A stretch of 35,599 nucleotides of DNA. It comes from Candidatus Komeilibacteria bacterium RIFCSPLOWO2_02_FULL_48_11. GTDB taxonomy: Bacteria > Patescibacteriota > Patescibacteriia > UBA2169. The first letter of the stretch is position 1; the number at the start of each line of letters is the position of its first letter. The notes under the pieces are model-generated. The model did not search any database, was not told where the DNA came from, and worked only from the letters and a program-made list of their open reading frames with translations. Positions 16,715 to 26,738 of this stretch are shown piece by piece. Made by a program: the position numbers and the translations under genes. The stretch spans positions 5,217-40,815 of the forward strand of contig MHKO01000059.1 of the NCBI GenBank assembly GCA_001818435.1, given 5' to 3'.

Positions 16715-17891
16715 TTGCCTCGATTATTGTCCGATCTAATAAGGGTATTAAGCCTCTAAAATCAAAATTTAAAGCTCGCTGCCGGCCATTAATAGCAGCG
16801 GCTTTTTGCCATTGTTTATCCTGGTATGCATCCATTATTTTAGCGGCCAAATCCGCGCTATCTCCGAGTTTAAACACTTTCGCCACTTCTTGAGCCAGCC
16901 ATTTCTCCACGCTCGTATCAGTTACTATCAGCGGCAAACCAAAGGCCATGGCTTCTATAGTCGTCCTGACTAAAGGTTCGGGTAAGCGGCCCGGGTGAAC
17001 AAATAAATGAGCGTGTTGATAAAAACCGGCCAGATCATGGAGAGATTGCCAAGGATAAAACTTGATGACCGAAGCCAAGCCAAGCTCACGGACGCGTTTA
17101 ACCAACTCGCTTTTTTGTTCGCCCTCGCCCACAATGTGAAGTATGCAATCAGGCCGGCTAAATTTGGCCAAGGCGTCAATTAGAATATCGGCTCCTTTGT
17201 CAATATATAAGCGCCCGGTAAACAAAATATGGAATGCATTCTTAGGATATTGAGAAAAAGGATTGTTTTGCAGAGGCTGATTTTGAAAAGCGATGATATC
17301 CTGAAAACTTGGTATAACGGTAATTTTATCCGGTCTGACTCCGGCCCGAATATAATAGCCGGCCAAGGTTTTGGTCATAATGACAATGGCGTCAAAATTA
17401 TTTAACAAACGAACTCCGATTAATCTTTCCAAAAAGATACGAATTCTGTGTTTTAGACTTTGCCATAAACTTTTTTCATAAGCCAGAGATCCGACCGGCC
17501 AAAGAGGAGGTTTTTTAAAGTAAGCCTCAACAAAATCAGCATGACCATTAATATCAGCTATAATCGGCTTGCTGTTTTTTTTGAATAAACGATACCAGCC
17601 AGCGCCAAAAAGAAACGTTGTCCCTACTAAATAAAAAACATCCGTGCGCGGAGAGTGCTTCTTTAAAATCCGGACGATAAAGGCTTGTAAAGGGAAAAGC
17701 CTCTCACTCTGCGCCCATTCCTCAGTAATGGCAAAAGGGACAACGGCGGAAATGTTATTAAACTTTGAAAAAGTGGTCACGACCGACACCTCATGACCTT
17801 TAGCTTGCAAGGTTTGGGATTTCATGAAAACGTCTTGATTTTCTCCTCCGCCCGCCAAATTAAGTTTATTGGTAATAAAAGTAATTCTCAT
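16707..17891 (-). CDS. Glycosyltransferase family 4
   Basis: GGGE near the N-terminus, FTGRLYIDKG, IVGEG, FVHPGRLPEPLVRTTIEAMAFGLP (EX7E). Confidence 0.92.
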   Translation of the reverse strand: MRITFITNKLNLAGGGENQDVFMKSQTLQAKGHEVSVVTTFSKFNNISAVVPFAITEEWAQSERLFPLQAFIVRILKKHSPRTDVFYLVGTTFLFGAGWYRLFKKNSKPIIADINGHADFVEAYFKKPPLWPVGSLAYEKSLWQSLKHRIRIFLERLIGVRLLNNFDAIVIMTKTLAGYYIRAGVRPDKITVIPSFQDIIAFQNQPLQNNPFSQYPKNAFHILFTGRLYIDKGADILIDALAKFSRPDCILHIVGEGEQKSELVKRVRELGLASVIKFYPWQSLHDLAGFYQHAHLFVHPGRLPEPLVRTTIEAMAFGLPLIVTDTSVEKWLAQEVAKVFKLGDSADLAAKIMDAYQDKQWQKAAAINGRQRALNFDFRGLIPLLDRTIIEATK

Positions 17892-17894
17892 AAT

Positions 17895-19697
17895 TTAAAT
17901 ACTGTAGATATAAATATCAGCTTGTTGCCAGGCTAACTTTATGCTTGTTAATTGTTTTATTACTCTATCCGTCAAAGGGCCGACGGATAAAACATAGTCG
18001 AGTTTATATTTGCGCAGTTCGGTTTCAAAATCTTTATTCAAGAATTCCTTATAGCCCTCGGGAAACTTCTTTATTCTCTCATCCAGCGTGTAGTCGTGAA
18101 AATCCGGAAATTCCGGAGTCCAAAGCATCCCCTGCCAATTACTGGCTAAATGAACTCGCATGTCAGTTTCATTGGCTTTCATATAGGCTTCTATATTCTC
18201 AGCCGAAATCCCCTGTAAGCGCAAATTCACGAGATTATTGTGATAAATCCTTTCATTGGGCATTAAAGAGAATACTGAATAAGAAACATACATATTGCAA
18301 TGCGTAAACGCCGGCAACAGTTCAGTCAGCTTATAAACTTCCGTCTTATTGCTCACTAATATTACGCAATCCTTCGTCTCCCTATTAAACCAGGCAAAAA
18401 CCGGGGCCAGTGACTGCATTCGGTAATAATAGTCATAACTATTGCGGTAAGTGTGGACTTGGGAATAAAAACCAAATAATAACGACGATCCTATAATGCT
18501 GATAATCGCGAAAATCCAGAGGAAACGAAATTGATTCAAAATAATACGGTGCAGTAAAACAACCAGAACAACCATTGAGAGCGGAATAGTATATTGAACA
18601 AAGTGATAAGGCCAGACCGTAACACCGGTCACCACCTGCTGGTTAAGCGCCCAACTACTGCCCAAAATTAAAGCTAAACAAAACCAGTGCCAGTCCTGCA
18701 GGTTAATTTTTACTCGGTTGATAATTTTTTTTATTATGGGTATAAAAACTAAAACCAAATATAGGCCCAATATTGCCAATAATACTTTATTTAACAACGG
18801 ATAGTGCGTATAAATCAGGCCAGAGCGCAAAATCGAATCATGATACCAAGGGCTCTGCCGGGAGAGATAAGATATATACCAATAAGGTGAGCTTAAAATT
18901 GCGGCGATAGCGATAATAAACCCAAACCGTTTCACAATTTTATATTCCCGTTTAAAAAAATATATCAAAATCAAAAAACCTAAAATTGATAAAGCTATGC
19001 CCCAGCTGAAAAAATAACTCATTATCATCAGGGATAAAGACAGCCCGGCACTGGTGATGGCTGTCTTTGGATATCTAGTTTTTTGGATAATCGCCCAGAC
19101 TCCTAACAAAAATGCCAATAAAAAAATAGCGCCCAAAATCGGGTTAACCGGCCGCGCCCAGAGCAAAAATGATCCGCCTAACGGCTCGCCCCTCAAGAAA
19201 AAACCCAGCAAACTACGATAATCGACCAAGTCATACCCCAGCAGCACTAGCAAAGCCGCAGACACAGCACTAATCTTTCTGGAAAATAACCGCGCGGGAG
19301 GGAGTAAATTATAAGTTAAAGCATAAATCAGCAGAAATAAAATAAGCGGCAAAATAAATTTACTCACAATCAGCGTGGTAACCAAAGGGATGCCGAACAA
19401 TAAAGTCGGTAAAGCATAAAACATCTCGCCCGTGGGCGGTGAGATGGGCCATTGATCTTTATATTCATAATAAGGGAAAGAGCCAACCAAGGGATGGCCG
19501 TCAATAATTTCATGAATTCTGGCCAAATAAGTATCCTCGTTAGGGGTTTGCAACATTGGTATGCCCTGATACTTATTGCCCAAAGAATGCATAAAGACAA
19601 GTTGTGGTCCTATATATAATAATCCCACAATCAAAGCGCTCGCCAGAGCCAAATAGTGACTCTTTGCTTTATTTTTTACCAATAAAATAAAACCCAT
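17895..19697 (-). CDS. Polytopic membrane protein, possible GT-C fold glycosyltransferase or polymerase
   Basis: More than 10 hydrophobic segments; acidic NEDTY motif in the first loop after TM1; soluble C-terminal domain ending YKLDYV. Confidence 0.55.
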   Translation of the reverse strand: MGFILLVKNKAKSHYLALASALIVGLLYIGPQLVFMHSLGNKYQGIPMLQTPNEDTYLARIHEIIDGHPLVGSFPYYEYKDQWPISPPTGEMFYALPTLLFGIPLVTTLIVSKFILPLILFLLIYALTYNLLPPARLFSRKISAVSAALLVLLGYDLVDYRSLLGFFLRGEPLGGSFLLWARPVNPILGAIFLLAFLLGVWAIIQKTRYPKTAITSAGLSLSLMIMSYFFSWGIALSILGFLILIYFFKREYKIVKRFGFIIAIAAILSSPYWYISYLSRQSPWYHDSILRSGLIYTHYPLLNKVLLAILGLYLVLVFIPIIKKIINRVKINLQDWHWFCLALILGSSWALNQQVVTGVTVWPYHFVQYTIPLSMVVLVVLLHRIILNQFRFLWIFAIISIIGSSLLFGFYSQVHTYRNSYDYYYRMQSLAPVFAWFNRETKDCVILVSNKTEVYKLTELLPAFTHCNMYVSYSVFSLMPNERIYHNNLVNLRLQGISAENIEAYMKANETDMRVHLASNWQGMLWTPEFPDFHDYTLDERIKKFPEGYKEFLNKDFETELRKYKLDYVLSVGPLTDRVIKQLTSIKLAWQQADIYIYSI

Positions 19698-20466
19698 AAG
19701 CAATATTTTGACTACTGGGTAATTTATAAATAATGTAATCCAAAAAATTCAGGGGGGCTAATAATGTCAAAAACAGTATAAACCAAAACTGCTGTAAAAT
19801 ATTTATACCAAAACTTAACACCGTGGCTAACCATTCACTGATGACATAAGTCAGGGCCGAAGTAGGCCCACTCCGAATACCGCTCTCTACTTCTTCAAAA
19901 TCCTTGAGCAGTTCTTTTAATCCTGGCTTGCTCCAACGATAAAAATCGTTGGGTGAAGAATGGAAACTGGCCACAAAAGGCACTACGACATATATAACCC
20001 CTCCTGGCTTTAATATACGGTACATTTCTCGGACGATTTGCTCTGGATTATGGACATGCTCTAAAACATATTCATTAATAGCCACATCAATCGAATTATC
20101 AGCAAATGGCAAATCAGAAATATCAGCTACCACGTCCACATTGAGAAAAGGGTAGAAATCAATATTAACAACATCATCCCTTATTATTTTTACGCCCGAT
20201 CCTAAATTGACAATTAATTTATCCGACCCGATATTTTTAATGGCCGCTGACGCGCTCCGGCCGACAAAAGAAGATCCTAAAGCATAATAAAAAAAAGTAA
20301 AAAGCCAAGGCACCCGTTTTAGCAAAAGCTTAATTTTATTAACCAACAGATCGCTATTTTTTTCTCGAAAACCCTTGTCCGTTTTGTTAATAAAAAATAA
20401 CCTACCCTGCTTTTCATACAAGCATGGCCTGTCTTTTTTAAAAATAAATCTATCTTGATTATGCAT
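19669..20466 (-). CDS. Class I SAM-dependent methyltransferase (Methyltransf_11-like)
   Basis: VNLGSG, LPFADNSID, VLEHV, RILKPGG, FHSSPNDFYRW. Confidence 0.88.
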   Translation of the reverse strand: MHNQDRFIFKKDRPCLYEKQGRLFFINKTDKGFREKNSDLLVNKIKLLLKRVPWLFTFFYYALGSSFVGRSASAAIKNIGSDKLIVNLGSGVKIIRDDVVNIDFYPFLNVDVVADISDLPFADNSIDVAINEYVLEHVHNPEQIVREMYRILKPGGVIYVVVPFVASFHSSPNDFYRWSKPGLKELLKDFEEVESGIRSGPTSALTYVISEWLATVLSFGINILQQFWFILFLTLLAPLNFLDYIIYKLPSSQNIAYGFYFIGKK

Positions 20467-21243
20467 TTATACAATTTTCTTACCGCGCACTATCCAGCCG
20501 TTTTTATTGGGGGGCTGGCAAATCGCAACATTATTAAATTCAGACAGCAAATCCCCGGCCTGTTCTTTTGTATAATAATTGGCTATGGCCGGCAACAACT
20601 GGTCAAATATTATACTGTGCAAATGCCTGAGGCTGAATCGCGAAATTTGTTTAAGATATTCTTTTTTGGGCTTGATAATTTTTAAATAAAAATAAAGGGG
20701 GATACTGGCTAAATACGTCAGTCCATGCAATAGAGGCAGGGGTAATTTGCTGGTTATATATTTGCGGATTGGATTTAATATTTTTACGAACGCGCTGAAT
20801 CCTTCAACGCCATAAACCCAAATTAGAATTTCGCCTTGGGGCTTTAGGGTTTTTTTAATTTCAGCCAGCGCTCTTTTTGGTTCCGCCAGATGATGAATCA
20901 CGCCAATTGACATGGCGAAATCGAATTTATTTTCCCAGGGCAAATTATAAATATCCGCCTCAATAACTTCGCAATTATTAAATCCGGCTAAATTTTTTTT
21001 CGCGGCCCGGACGCTTCTTGTATCCTTGTCAAAAGCCGTCAAAGCCGCGCAGCCCCACTCTAAACACCAATAACTGTTCCGGCCCATGCCGCAACCAGCG
21101 TCAAGGATATTCTTTTGGCGATAAAATTCCGGCGGCGCCGGATAAGTCCAGTTTAAAAATTGATTTTTGTATTGTTCGTAATATTCGGCGTCCAACGAAT
21201 TGTATTTTTCCCATTCAAAACCAAAACGTTCACTCGAAGACAT
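20467..21243 (-). CDS. Class I SAM-dependent methyltransferase
   Basis: FGFEW, ILDAGCGMGR, SIGVIHH, LKPQG, IWVYG. Confidence 0.9.
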   Translation of the reverse strand: MSSSERFGFEWEKYNSLDAEYYEQYKNQFLNWTYPAPPEFYRQKNILDAGCGMGRNSYWCLEWGCAALTAFDKDTRSVRAAKKNLAGFNNCEVIEADIYNLPWENKFDFAMSIGVIHHLAEPKRALAEIKKTLKPQGEILIWVYGVEGFSAFVKILNPIRKYITSKLPLPLLHGLTYLASIPLYFYLKIIKPKKEYLKQISRFSLRHLHSIIFDQLLPAIANYYTKEQAGDLLSEFNNVAICQPPNKNGWIVRGKKIV

Positions 21244-21250
21244 ATATTAC

Positions 21251-23122
21251 TTACTTTTTAACTAGATAAGCTTGTTGCCATAATAAAAAAGTTAAAATTG
21301 ACCACAATTTTTGACCATTATTCTGCTTATGGCTTAAATGCTGTTTGAATAAATTATCAACATAATTATAGCTCAAAATACCGGTTTTGACCACATTTTC
21401 CGGAGTAGCCAAATCAAGCCATAATTCGTTTAGATTACCGCTTCTAAACCATTGCGCCAAAGGCACGGCAAAACCCTTCTTGGGTCGGCCTATTATTTCT
21501 GGCGGCAACCGGCCGGCCATCAGTTCTTTGAGTAAAAACTTGGTCTTGTTGGCGCGAATCTTGTAATTCAACGGCAGATGATTTACGAAATCCGCCAATT
21601 CGTAGTCCAAGAATGGCGCTCTAACCTCCAAACTGGCCAGCATGCTGGCGCGGTCGACTTTAACCAGAACCCGTTCTTGCATGTAAAACCTCTGGTAAAA
21701 AGCGATAATTTTTGACCAATCATCAAAGTGATTAACAGCCGCGGAAAAATCAGTAATATCATCCAGCAGGTCTTCTTGGTTAAAATGATCGGGCATAAAT
21801 AAATTCGGCAGTTCAGCCAAAGAAAAGGTGCTTAGCCAGTTTTGGTGGCGCACCAGCGGATTGCTGGCGGCTTGAACGAATTTTCGCAGCTTAAAATCCA
21901 GGCTGAAATAAGAATCGCCACTCATTGGCAAATTATTTACAATCCGCGTTAATATTTTTTTTGCCAAAGCCGGCAAATGGCGATAAAAACCGTAAAAATA
22001 TTCGGCTTGAAATGTTTGATAGCCACAGAACAGTTCATCGGCCCCATCGCCGCCTAAAGCGACCGTGACTGTTTTTTTGGTAAAATCAGACAAAAGATAA
22101 GTCGGTAAAACAGAGGCATCGGCCAAGGGTTCGTCCAGGTGTTGGCCGACTTTAGCCACTATGTCCAAAGCATCCTGGCTAGTTAAAATCGCCTCATAAT
22201 GGTCTGACCCGATGTGTTTGGCCACTTGCCGAGCGAACTTGCCTTCGCCAAATGTTTTTTCTTTAAAATCAATGGAAAAAGTTTTAATTTTTTGACTGGC
22301 GTCTTGGCTGGCATACCAGGCGATTGTGCTGGAATCAATGCCGCCGCTTAAAAAAATACCCAAAGGCACGTCCGACACCAAGCGGCTGGCCACGGCTTGG
22401 CGCAATCTGGCGTCAAGCTCATTTTGAGCATCCGCGATGTCCGGGGCCGTGTCCGTTGCCTGAAAATTCGGGCGCCAATATTTTTTGATTTCCACTTTGC
22501 CTTGGTCAAAAACAAGATACTCTGCCGGGCCTAATTTATAAACGTTTTTCCAAGGAGTATGCGGGCAAGGAATATAATCGTAAAAAAAATATTTCCGCAA
22601 TTGTGCCTGGTCCAAAACAAAATCAATATCAGGATATGGCATCAATGCTTTTAATTCTGAAGCAAAAACGAAATTACCATTCTGCTGGCTGTAATAAAGC
22701 GGTTTTTTGCCAAGCCGATCGCGCCCTAAAATTATCTTTTTTAACCGGCTATCCCAAATCGCGATAGCGAACATGCCGTTCAATTTAGCAAACACACTTT
22801 CCCCTGCTTCCTCATAAAGATGGACAATGACTTCGGTATCGGTTTGGGAAGTAAATTTATGGCCTGATTGTAAAAGGCCCTGCTTGAGATCTTGAAAATT
22901 ATAAATCTCGCCGTTAAAAACAATGATGATTGTTTTATCCTCATTATAAATCGGCTGGGCTCCGCCTTTGACGTCAATTATGCTCAAACGTCTGTGCCCT
23001 AACCCCACATTGCCTTGATAATAAAAACCCTCGCCATCCGGACCGCGGTGCGTTAAAGTATCTGACATTTTTTTTAATAAAGACGCGTCGCCTCTGCCGA
23101 TAAAACCAGTAATGCCACACAT
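21251..23122 (-). CDS. asnB: Asparagine synthase (glutamine-hydrolysing)-like amidotransferase, probably amidating a uronic acid (WbpS-like role)
   Basis: MCGI N-terminal Cys, HRGPD, HRRLSIID, FNGEIYN, LSGGIDSS, GDGADELF, LEVRAPFLD, KKGF. Confidence 0.93.
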   Translation of the reverse strand: MCGITGFIGRGDASLLKKMSDTLTHRGPDGEGFYYQGNVGLGHRRLSIIDVKGGAQPIYNEDKTIIIVFNGEIYNFQDLKQGLLQSGHKFTSQTDTEVIVHLYEEAGESVFAKLNGMFAIAIWDSRLKKIILGRDRLGKKPLYYSQQNGNFVFASELKALMPYPDIDFVLDQAQLRKYFFYDYIPCPHTPWKNVYKLGPAEYLVFDQGKVEIKKYWRPNFQATDTAPDIADAQNELDARLRQAVASRLVSDVPLGIFLSGGIDSSTIAWYASQDASQKIKTFSIDFKEKTFGEGKFARQVAKHIGSDHYEAILTSQDALDIVAKVGQHLDEPLADASVLPTYLLSDFTKKTVTVALGGDGADELFCGYQTFQAEYFYGFYRHLPALAKKILTRIVNNLPMSGDSYFSLDFKLRKFVQAASNPLVRHQNWLSTFSLAELPNLFMPDHFNQEDLLDDITDFSAAVNHFDDWSKIIAFYQRFYMQERVLVKVDRASMLASLEVRAPFLDYELADFVNHLPLNYKIRANKTKFLLKELMAGRLPPEIIGRPKKGFAVPLAQWFRSGNLNELWLDLATPENVVKTGILSYNYVDNLFKQHLSHKQNNGQKLWSILTFLLWQQAYLVKK

Positions 23123-23126
23123 ATCA

Positions 23127-23165
23127 TTGACAAAATATGATATTTAGTTTATAAATAATAGTCAA
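23127..23165. promoter_or_regulatory. Overlapping divergent sigma70 promoters for asnB (-) and the hydrolase gene (+)
   Basis: Minus: TTGACT (23165-23160), 17 nt, TATCAT (23142-23137). Plus: TTGACA (23127-23132), 17 nt, TATAAA (23150-23155). Confidence 0.6.
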
Positions 23166-23209
23166 ATAATTAACAAAAACCGCTCATTCCATCATAAGGG
23201 GGATCCCCG

Positions 23210-23716
23210 GTGCAAACCTACACACACTTGTCTGTTGGTTGTTTGCTTGGCGCCCTCTGCTTCCCACGGAATCATTGGGCACAGGCAGCCTTCGTCGCTG
23301 GCTCTATTGCTCCAGATGTAGTTTCGGCGGCTAAATTCGCCCTGGACAAAAGCCATGGCATCCAACCCTTTAGCCATGAGTCTAAAGGGCTGTTGATTCT
23401 CACAGAGATCAGCCACTCCATCCCTATCTGGCTGTTTCTGGGATGGCTGGCGCAGGCTGCTTGCCCATGGCTACTCGTTAAGTCGCTTGTTAACGCCTTC
23501 TGGCTCGGCGATTTAAGCCATTTGGCGATTGACGCCCTTACTCATGCCAATAACAAGGAGTGGACTGTGGGCATGCTCTGGCCAATACCGGGACATTTGC
23601 CCGGCTGGATCGGCGTCTGGGAATATCGTTATGGCAACGGCATTCTGCGGCCAAAGCCGGTTGAAGCCGTGATACTCGTCCTCTCGGCTCTGGCTGCGCT
23701 CTGGCTCTGGCTATAG
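23210..23716 (+). CDS. Membrane-bound metal-dependent hydrolase (YdjM/DUF457-like)
   Basis: TH near the N-terminus, GSIAPD, SHS, SHLAIDALTH, MLWP; GTG start with an AAGGGGG Shine-Dalgarno. Confidence 0.75.
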   Translation: MQTYTHLSVGCLLGALCFPRNHWAQAAFVAGSIAPDVVSAAKFALDKSHGIQPFSHESKGLLILTEISHSIPIWLFLGWLAQAACPWLLVKSLVNAFWLGDLSHLAIDALTHANNKEWTVGMLWPIPGHLPGWIGVWEYRYGNGILRPKPVEAVILVLSALAALWLWL

Positions 23717-23754
23717 CCAGGCATTATTGATCCCCCTCCGCCGTAAGGCACCCC

Positions 23755-23793
23755 CCGGCGACCTGTTGAACCAACCAGGCGCCGGCTTTTTTT
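23755..23793 (+). terminator. Rho-independent terminator downstream of the hydrolase gene
   Basis: CCGGCG-a-CCTG-TTG/CAA-c-CAGG-CGCCGG stem followed by T7. Confidence 0.75.
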
Positions 23794-24748
23794 ACTGCTC
23801 CGAATTATTGTCAAAATTAATTTTTTCCTTTACCAGATAAGTCGGCTTGTCCTGCCCCTCGTAATAAATGCGAGTCAACATCTCCGCCAGCAGACCCAAG
23901 AGAATAAACTGAATCGCGAGCAGGCCCAAAAACACGGTCAAAAGAGGCAGCGGGGTGGAAATGAATGATATATGATGCCACTCGCGCAGATAAACGGCCA
24001 ACAGTCCGGAACATAAACTTAACGCCAAAGAATAAAAGCCGACCTTGCCAAAAAAATGCATGGGCTTGGTGAAGTAATTGCTTAAAAATTTCACCACCAG
24101 CAGATCCAAGACAACCTTAAAGGTTCTGGAAATGCCATATTTTGTTTTGCCAAACTTGCGCGCGCGGTGATTGACAATAATCTCGGTTGTCTTGGCGCCA
24201 AACCAAGCCGCGTAAGCTGGCATAAACCGATGCATTTCGCCGTACAGCTTCACGTCTTTTATCACTTCGCGGCGATAGGCTTTCATAGTGCAACCATAAT
24301 CGTGCAGATGTATGCCGGTAATTTTGGAAATTAAAGCATTGGCCAGCCAAGAAGGAATTTTCCTCGACAACATTTTATCCTGCCTATGCTTGCGCCAGCC
24401 GGAAACGACGTCATACCCTTCATTCATTTTAGATATGAACAGCGGAATATCCTGCGGATCATTCTGTAAATCGGCATCCAGGGGAATTATAATTTCTCCC
24501 CGGGCGTGGTTGATGCCAGCCGCCAAGGCCGCGGTTTGGCCGAAATTCTTGCGAAAATTTATGACTTTCACCCACGGTTTATTTTTCGCCGCTTGCACCA
24601 ACACCGGCCAACTTTGGTCCCGCGAGCCATCATTGACAAAAATGGCTTCGAAACTGGCCCCAAATCCTGCCAGCGCCATCTCTATTTCACTAATAAGAAT
24701 CGGCAAATTTTCCTCTTCATTATAGACTGGGATAATTAATGAAATCAT
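23792..24748 (-). CDS. GT2 polyprenol-phosphate glycosyltransferase (ArnC/DPM1-like)
   Basis: IIPVYNEEEN, VNDGSRD, NFGQTAA, LDADLQNDP, two C-terminal TM helices. ATG 24748 preferred. Confidence 0.92.
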   Translation of the reverse strand: MISLIIPVYNEEENLPILISEIEMALAGFGASFEAIFVNDGSRDQSWPVLVQAAKNKPWVKVINFRKNFGQTAALAAGINHARGEIIIPLDADLQNDPQDIPLFISKMNEGYDVVSGWRKHRQDKMLSRKIPSWLANALISKITGIHLHDYGCTMKAYRREVIKDVKLYGEMHRFMPAYAAWFGAKTTEIIVNHRARKFGKTKYGISRTFKVVLDLLVVKFLSNYFTKPMHFFGKVGFYSLALSLCSGLLAVYLREWHHISFISTPLPLLTVFLGLLAIQFILLGLLAEMLTRIYYEGQDKPTYLVKEKINFDNNSEQ

Positions 24749-24749
24749 A

Positions 24750-25802
24750 TTAGTTCCATTGCGCCTTAGATTGGCGTTCATAAAGATTAGCGTATTCTTT
24801 AGTCTGTTTAACTTTTTGCCACCAACTCTTATTATTCAAATACCAGGCCACGACATCATCAATGCTTTCCTCTAAAACGTAATTACGCTGCCAAGACAAC
24901 TGTTTCTCTAATTTGCTAGAATCAACCGCGTAGCGCATATCGCCGCCCGGTCGGCCACCAATATGATTCCTATGTTTGGCTAATTCCACCTGTAAACTTT
25001 TTGCGATTAACTCTAAAATTTCCAGCACGCTTTTTTCCTCACCCGCGACATTATAGGTTTCAAAAATTGTGCCCTGATGAATAATCAGATCAATCGCCGC
25101 GCAAAAATCTAAAACATGCAACCAGCTCCTGATTTGTTGCCCATTGCCATGAATCGGGATCAATTTGCCTTCAATAATATTAGATACAGCCAAAGGAATT
25201 AATTTTTCCGGATATTGATAAGGCCCATAGTTATTAGATCCCCGGACGATTATAGCCGGGGTGGCAAATGTCCGCATATAAGACTTGACTAACATCTCGG
25301 CCCCGGCCTTAGACGCGGCATAGGGATTAGACGGGTTCAAAAGCGTCTCTTCGTTGGAAAAACCAATTGGTACATCGCCATAGACTTCGTCAGTTGAGAT
25401 ATGTACCAATTGAGTGCCCGGATATTTTCTAATAGTTTCAATCAAATTGCGCGTGCCGTTAATATTGGTTTCAATAAAATCCGAAACATTAAAAATCGAG
25501 CGGTCAACGTGCGTCTCGGCCGCAAAATGAACTACATATTTAAACCTGTATTCTTGAAAAATTTTATCTAAAAGATCCTTATCGCAGACGTTCCCCAAGA
25601 TAAAAGTATAGCGATCGCCTCCCGGTTCTTTGGCAACCTTCTCTTGCACATCAATTAAATTCTCTTTATTACCAGCGTAGGTCAACGCGTCCAGGTTCAC
25701 AATCCGGTATTCCGGATATTTAAAAAACAGGTGCCGAATAAAATTGGAGCCGATAAATCCGCACCCGCCGGTAATTAATATATTAGTGTAATTATCTGAC
25801 AT
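24750..25802 (-). CDS. rfbB: dTDP-glucose 4,6-dehydratase
   Basis: TGGCGFIGSNF, DALTYAGN, HFAAETHVDRSI, HISTDEVYG, PYAASKA, NNYGPYQYPEKLIP. Confidence 0.95.
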   Translation of the reverse strand: MSDNYTNILITGGCGFIGSNFIRHLFFKYPEYRIVNLDALTYAGNKENLIDVQEKVAKEPGGDRYTFILGNVCDKDLLDKIFQEYRFKYVVHFAAETHVDRSIFNVSDFIETNINGTRNLIETIRKYPGTQLVHISTDEVYGDVPIGFSNEETLLNPSNPYAASKAGAEMLVKSYMRTFATPAIIVRGSNNYGPYQYPEKLIPLAVSNIIEGKLIPIHGNGQQIRSWLHVLDFCAAIDLIIHQGTIFETYNVAGEEKSVLEILELIAKSLQVELAKHRNHIGGRPGGDMRYAVDSSKLEKQLSWQRNYVLEESIDDVVAWYLNNKSWWQKVKQTKEYANLYERQSKAQWN

Positions 25803-25804
25803 AT

Positions 25805-26737
25805 TTATAGATGATTTTTATACCACTCGATTGTCTCTTTTATCCCCTTTTCCAGACTGTATTTTGGATGCCAAGCAAGGTTTGCGTATGTTTTTGTCAT
25901 ATCCGCTACGCACATGGCGCTGTCATAAGAAGCGCCATGATGCGAGCCCCATTTCACCGCGCTAGTCGAGCTTGTTTCTTTTATGACCAAATTGACAAGT
26001 CCGCCAATGGTTGTCAGCTTCCCGCTGCCGGCATTAAAAGTTTCTCCCGGAAAATCCTTCGCCCTTGACGCCACTATCAAATAAATATCCATTATATCTT
26101 TAATATAAATAAGATCCCGGGAAACAGCTGGCGAGGTTAAGCTGATGTCTTCATTTTTAAGGGCTTTGGTTATAATCTCATAGACTAGCCTCCCGGGTTG
26201 CATGCTGGGGCCAAAAGGCGTAAAAAGGCGCAGAGTGACGATCGGTTTGTTCCTCAATTTCGCCACTGACCGGGCGTAGTGTTCGGCGGCTAATTTAGTA
26301 ATGCTATATATCTCCGGCGGCTCGCTTGAGTCGCTCTCTTTGATTGGTTTTGATTTAACGCCATATTCTAAAAAGCTTCCGGTGTTTATAAAAAAATCAT
26401 AGTCAATATCGGCCGCGGCTTCAATCAAATTGGTGGTGCCCAGCAAGTTGTCTAGGATAACGTCCTTATTGCTGGCTGTGATTCCGCTGAATATATTTGA
26501 CACGGCTAAATGAAAAATACCAGCCGGTTTAATTAAGCGAATAATTTTTTCCAGTTCCTTAAACTTTCTCAAGTCGCCTTGATGCACTTTCAGCTTCGGC
26601 AAAATATCTTTTATCCGCCAAGGTGCGGCAAGGGCACGAGTCAAAATATGAACCTCATAATTCTCCTCGATCAATTTTCTGATTAAATTCGAACCGACAA
26701 AACCAGTGGCCCCGGTTATGAATACCCTTTTTGTCAT
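25805..26737 (-). CDS. NAD-dependent epimerase/dehydratase/4-reductase (extended SDR)
   Basis: TGATGFVG, NTGSFLEYG, YSITK (YxxxK), LRLFTPFGP. Confidence 0.88.
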   Translation of the reverse strand: MTKRVFITGATGFVGSNLIRKLIEENYEVHILTRALAAPWRIKDILPKLKVHQGDLRKFKELEKIIRLIKPAGIFHLAVSNIFSGITASNKDVILDNLLGTTNLIEAAADIDYDFFINTGSFLEYGVKSKPIKESDSSEPPEIYSITKLAAEHYARSVAKLRNKPIVTLRLFTPFGPSMQPGRLVYEIITKALKNEDISLTSPAVSRDLIYIKDIMDIYLIVASRAKDFPGETFNAGSGKLTTIGGLVNLVIKETSSTSAVKWGSHHGASYDSAMCVADMTKTYANLAWHPKYSLEKGIKETIEWYKNHL

Positions 26738-26738
26738 A

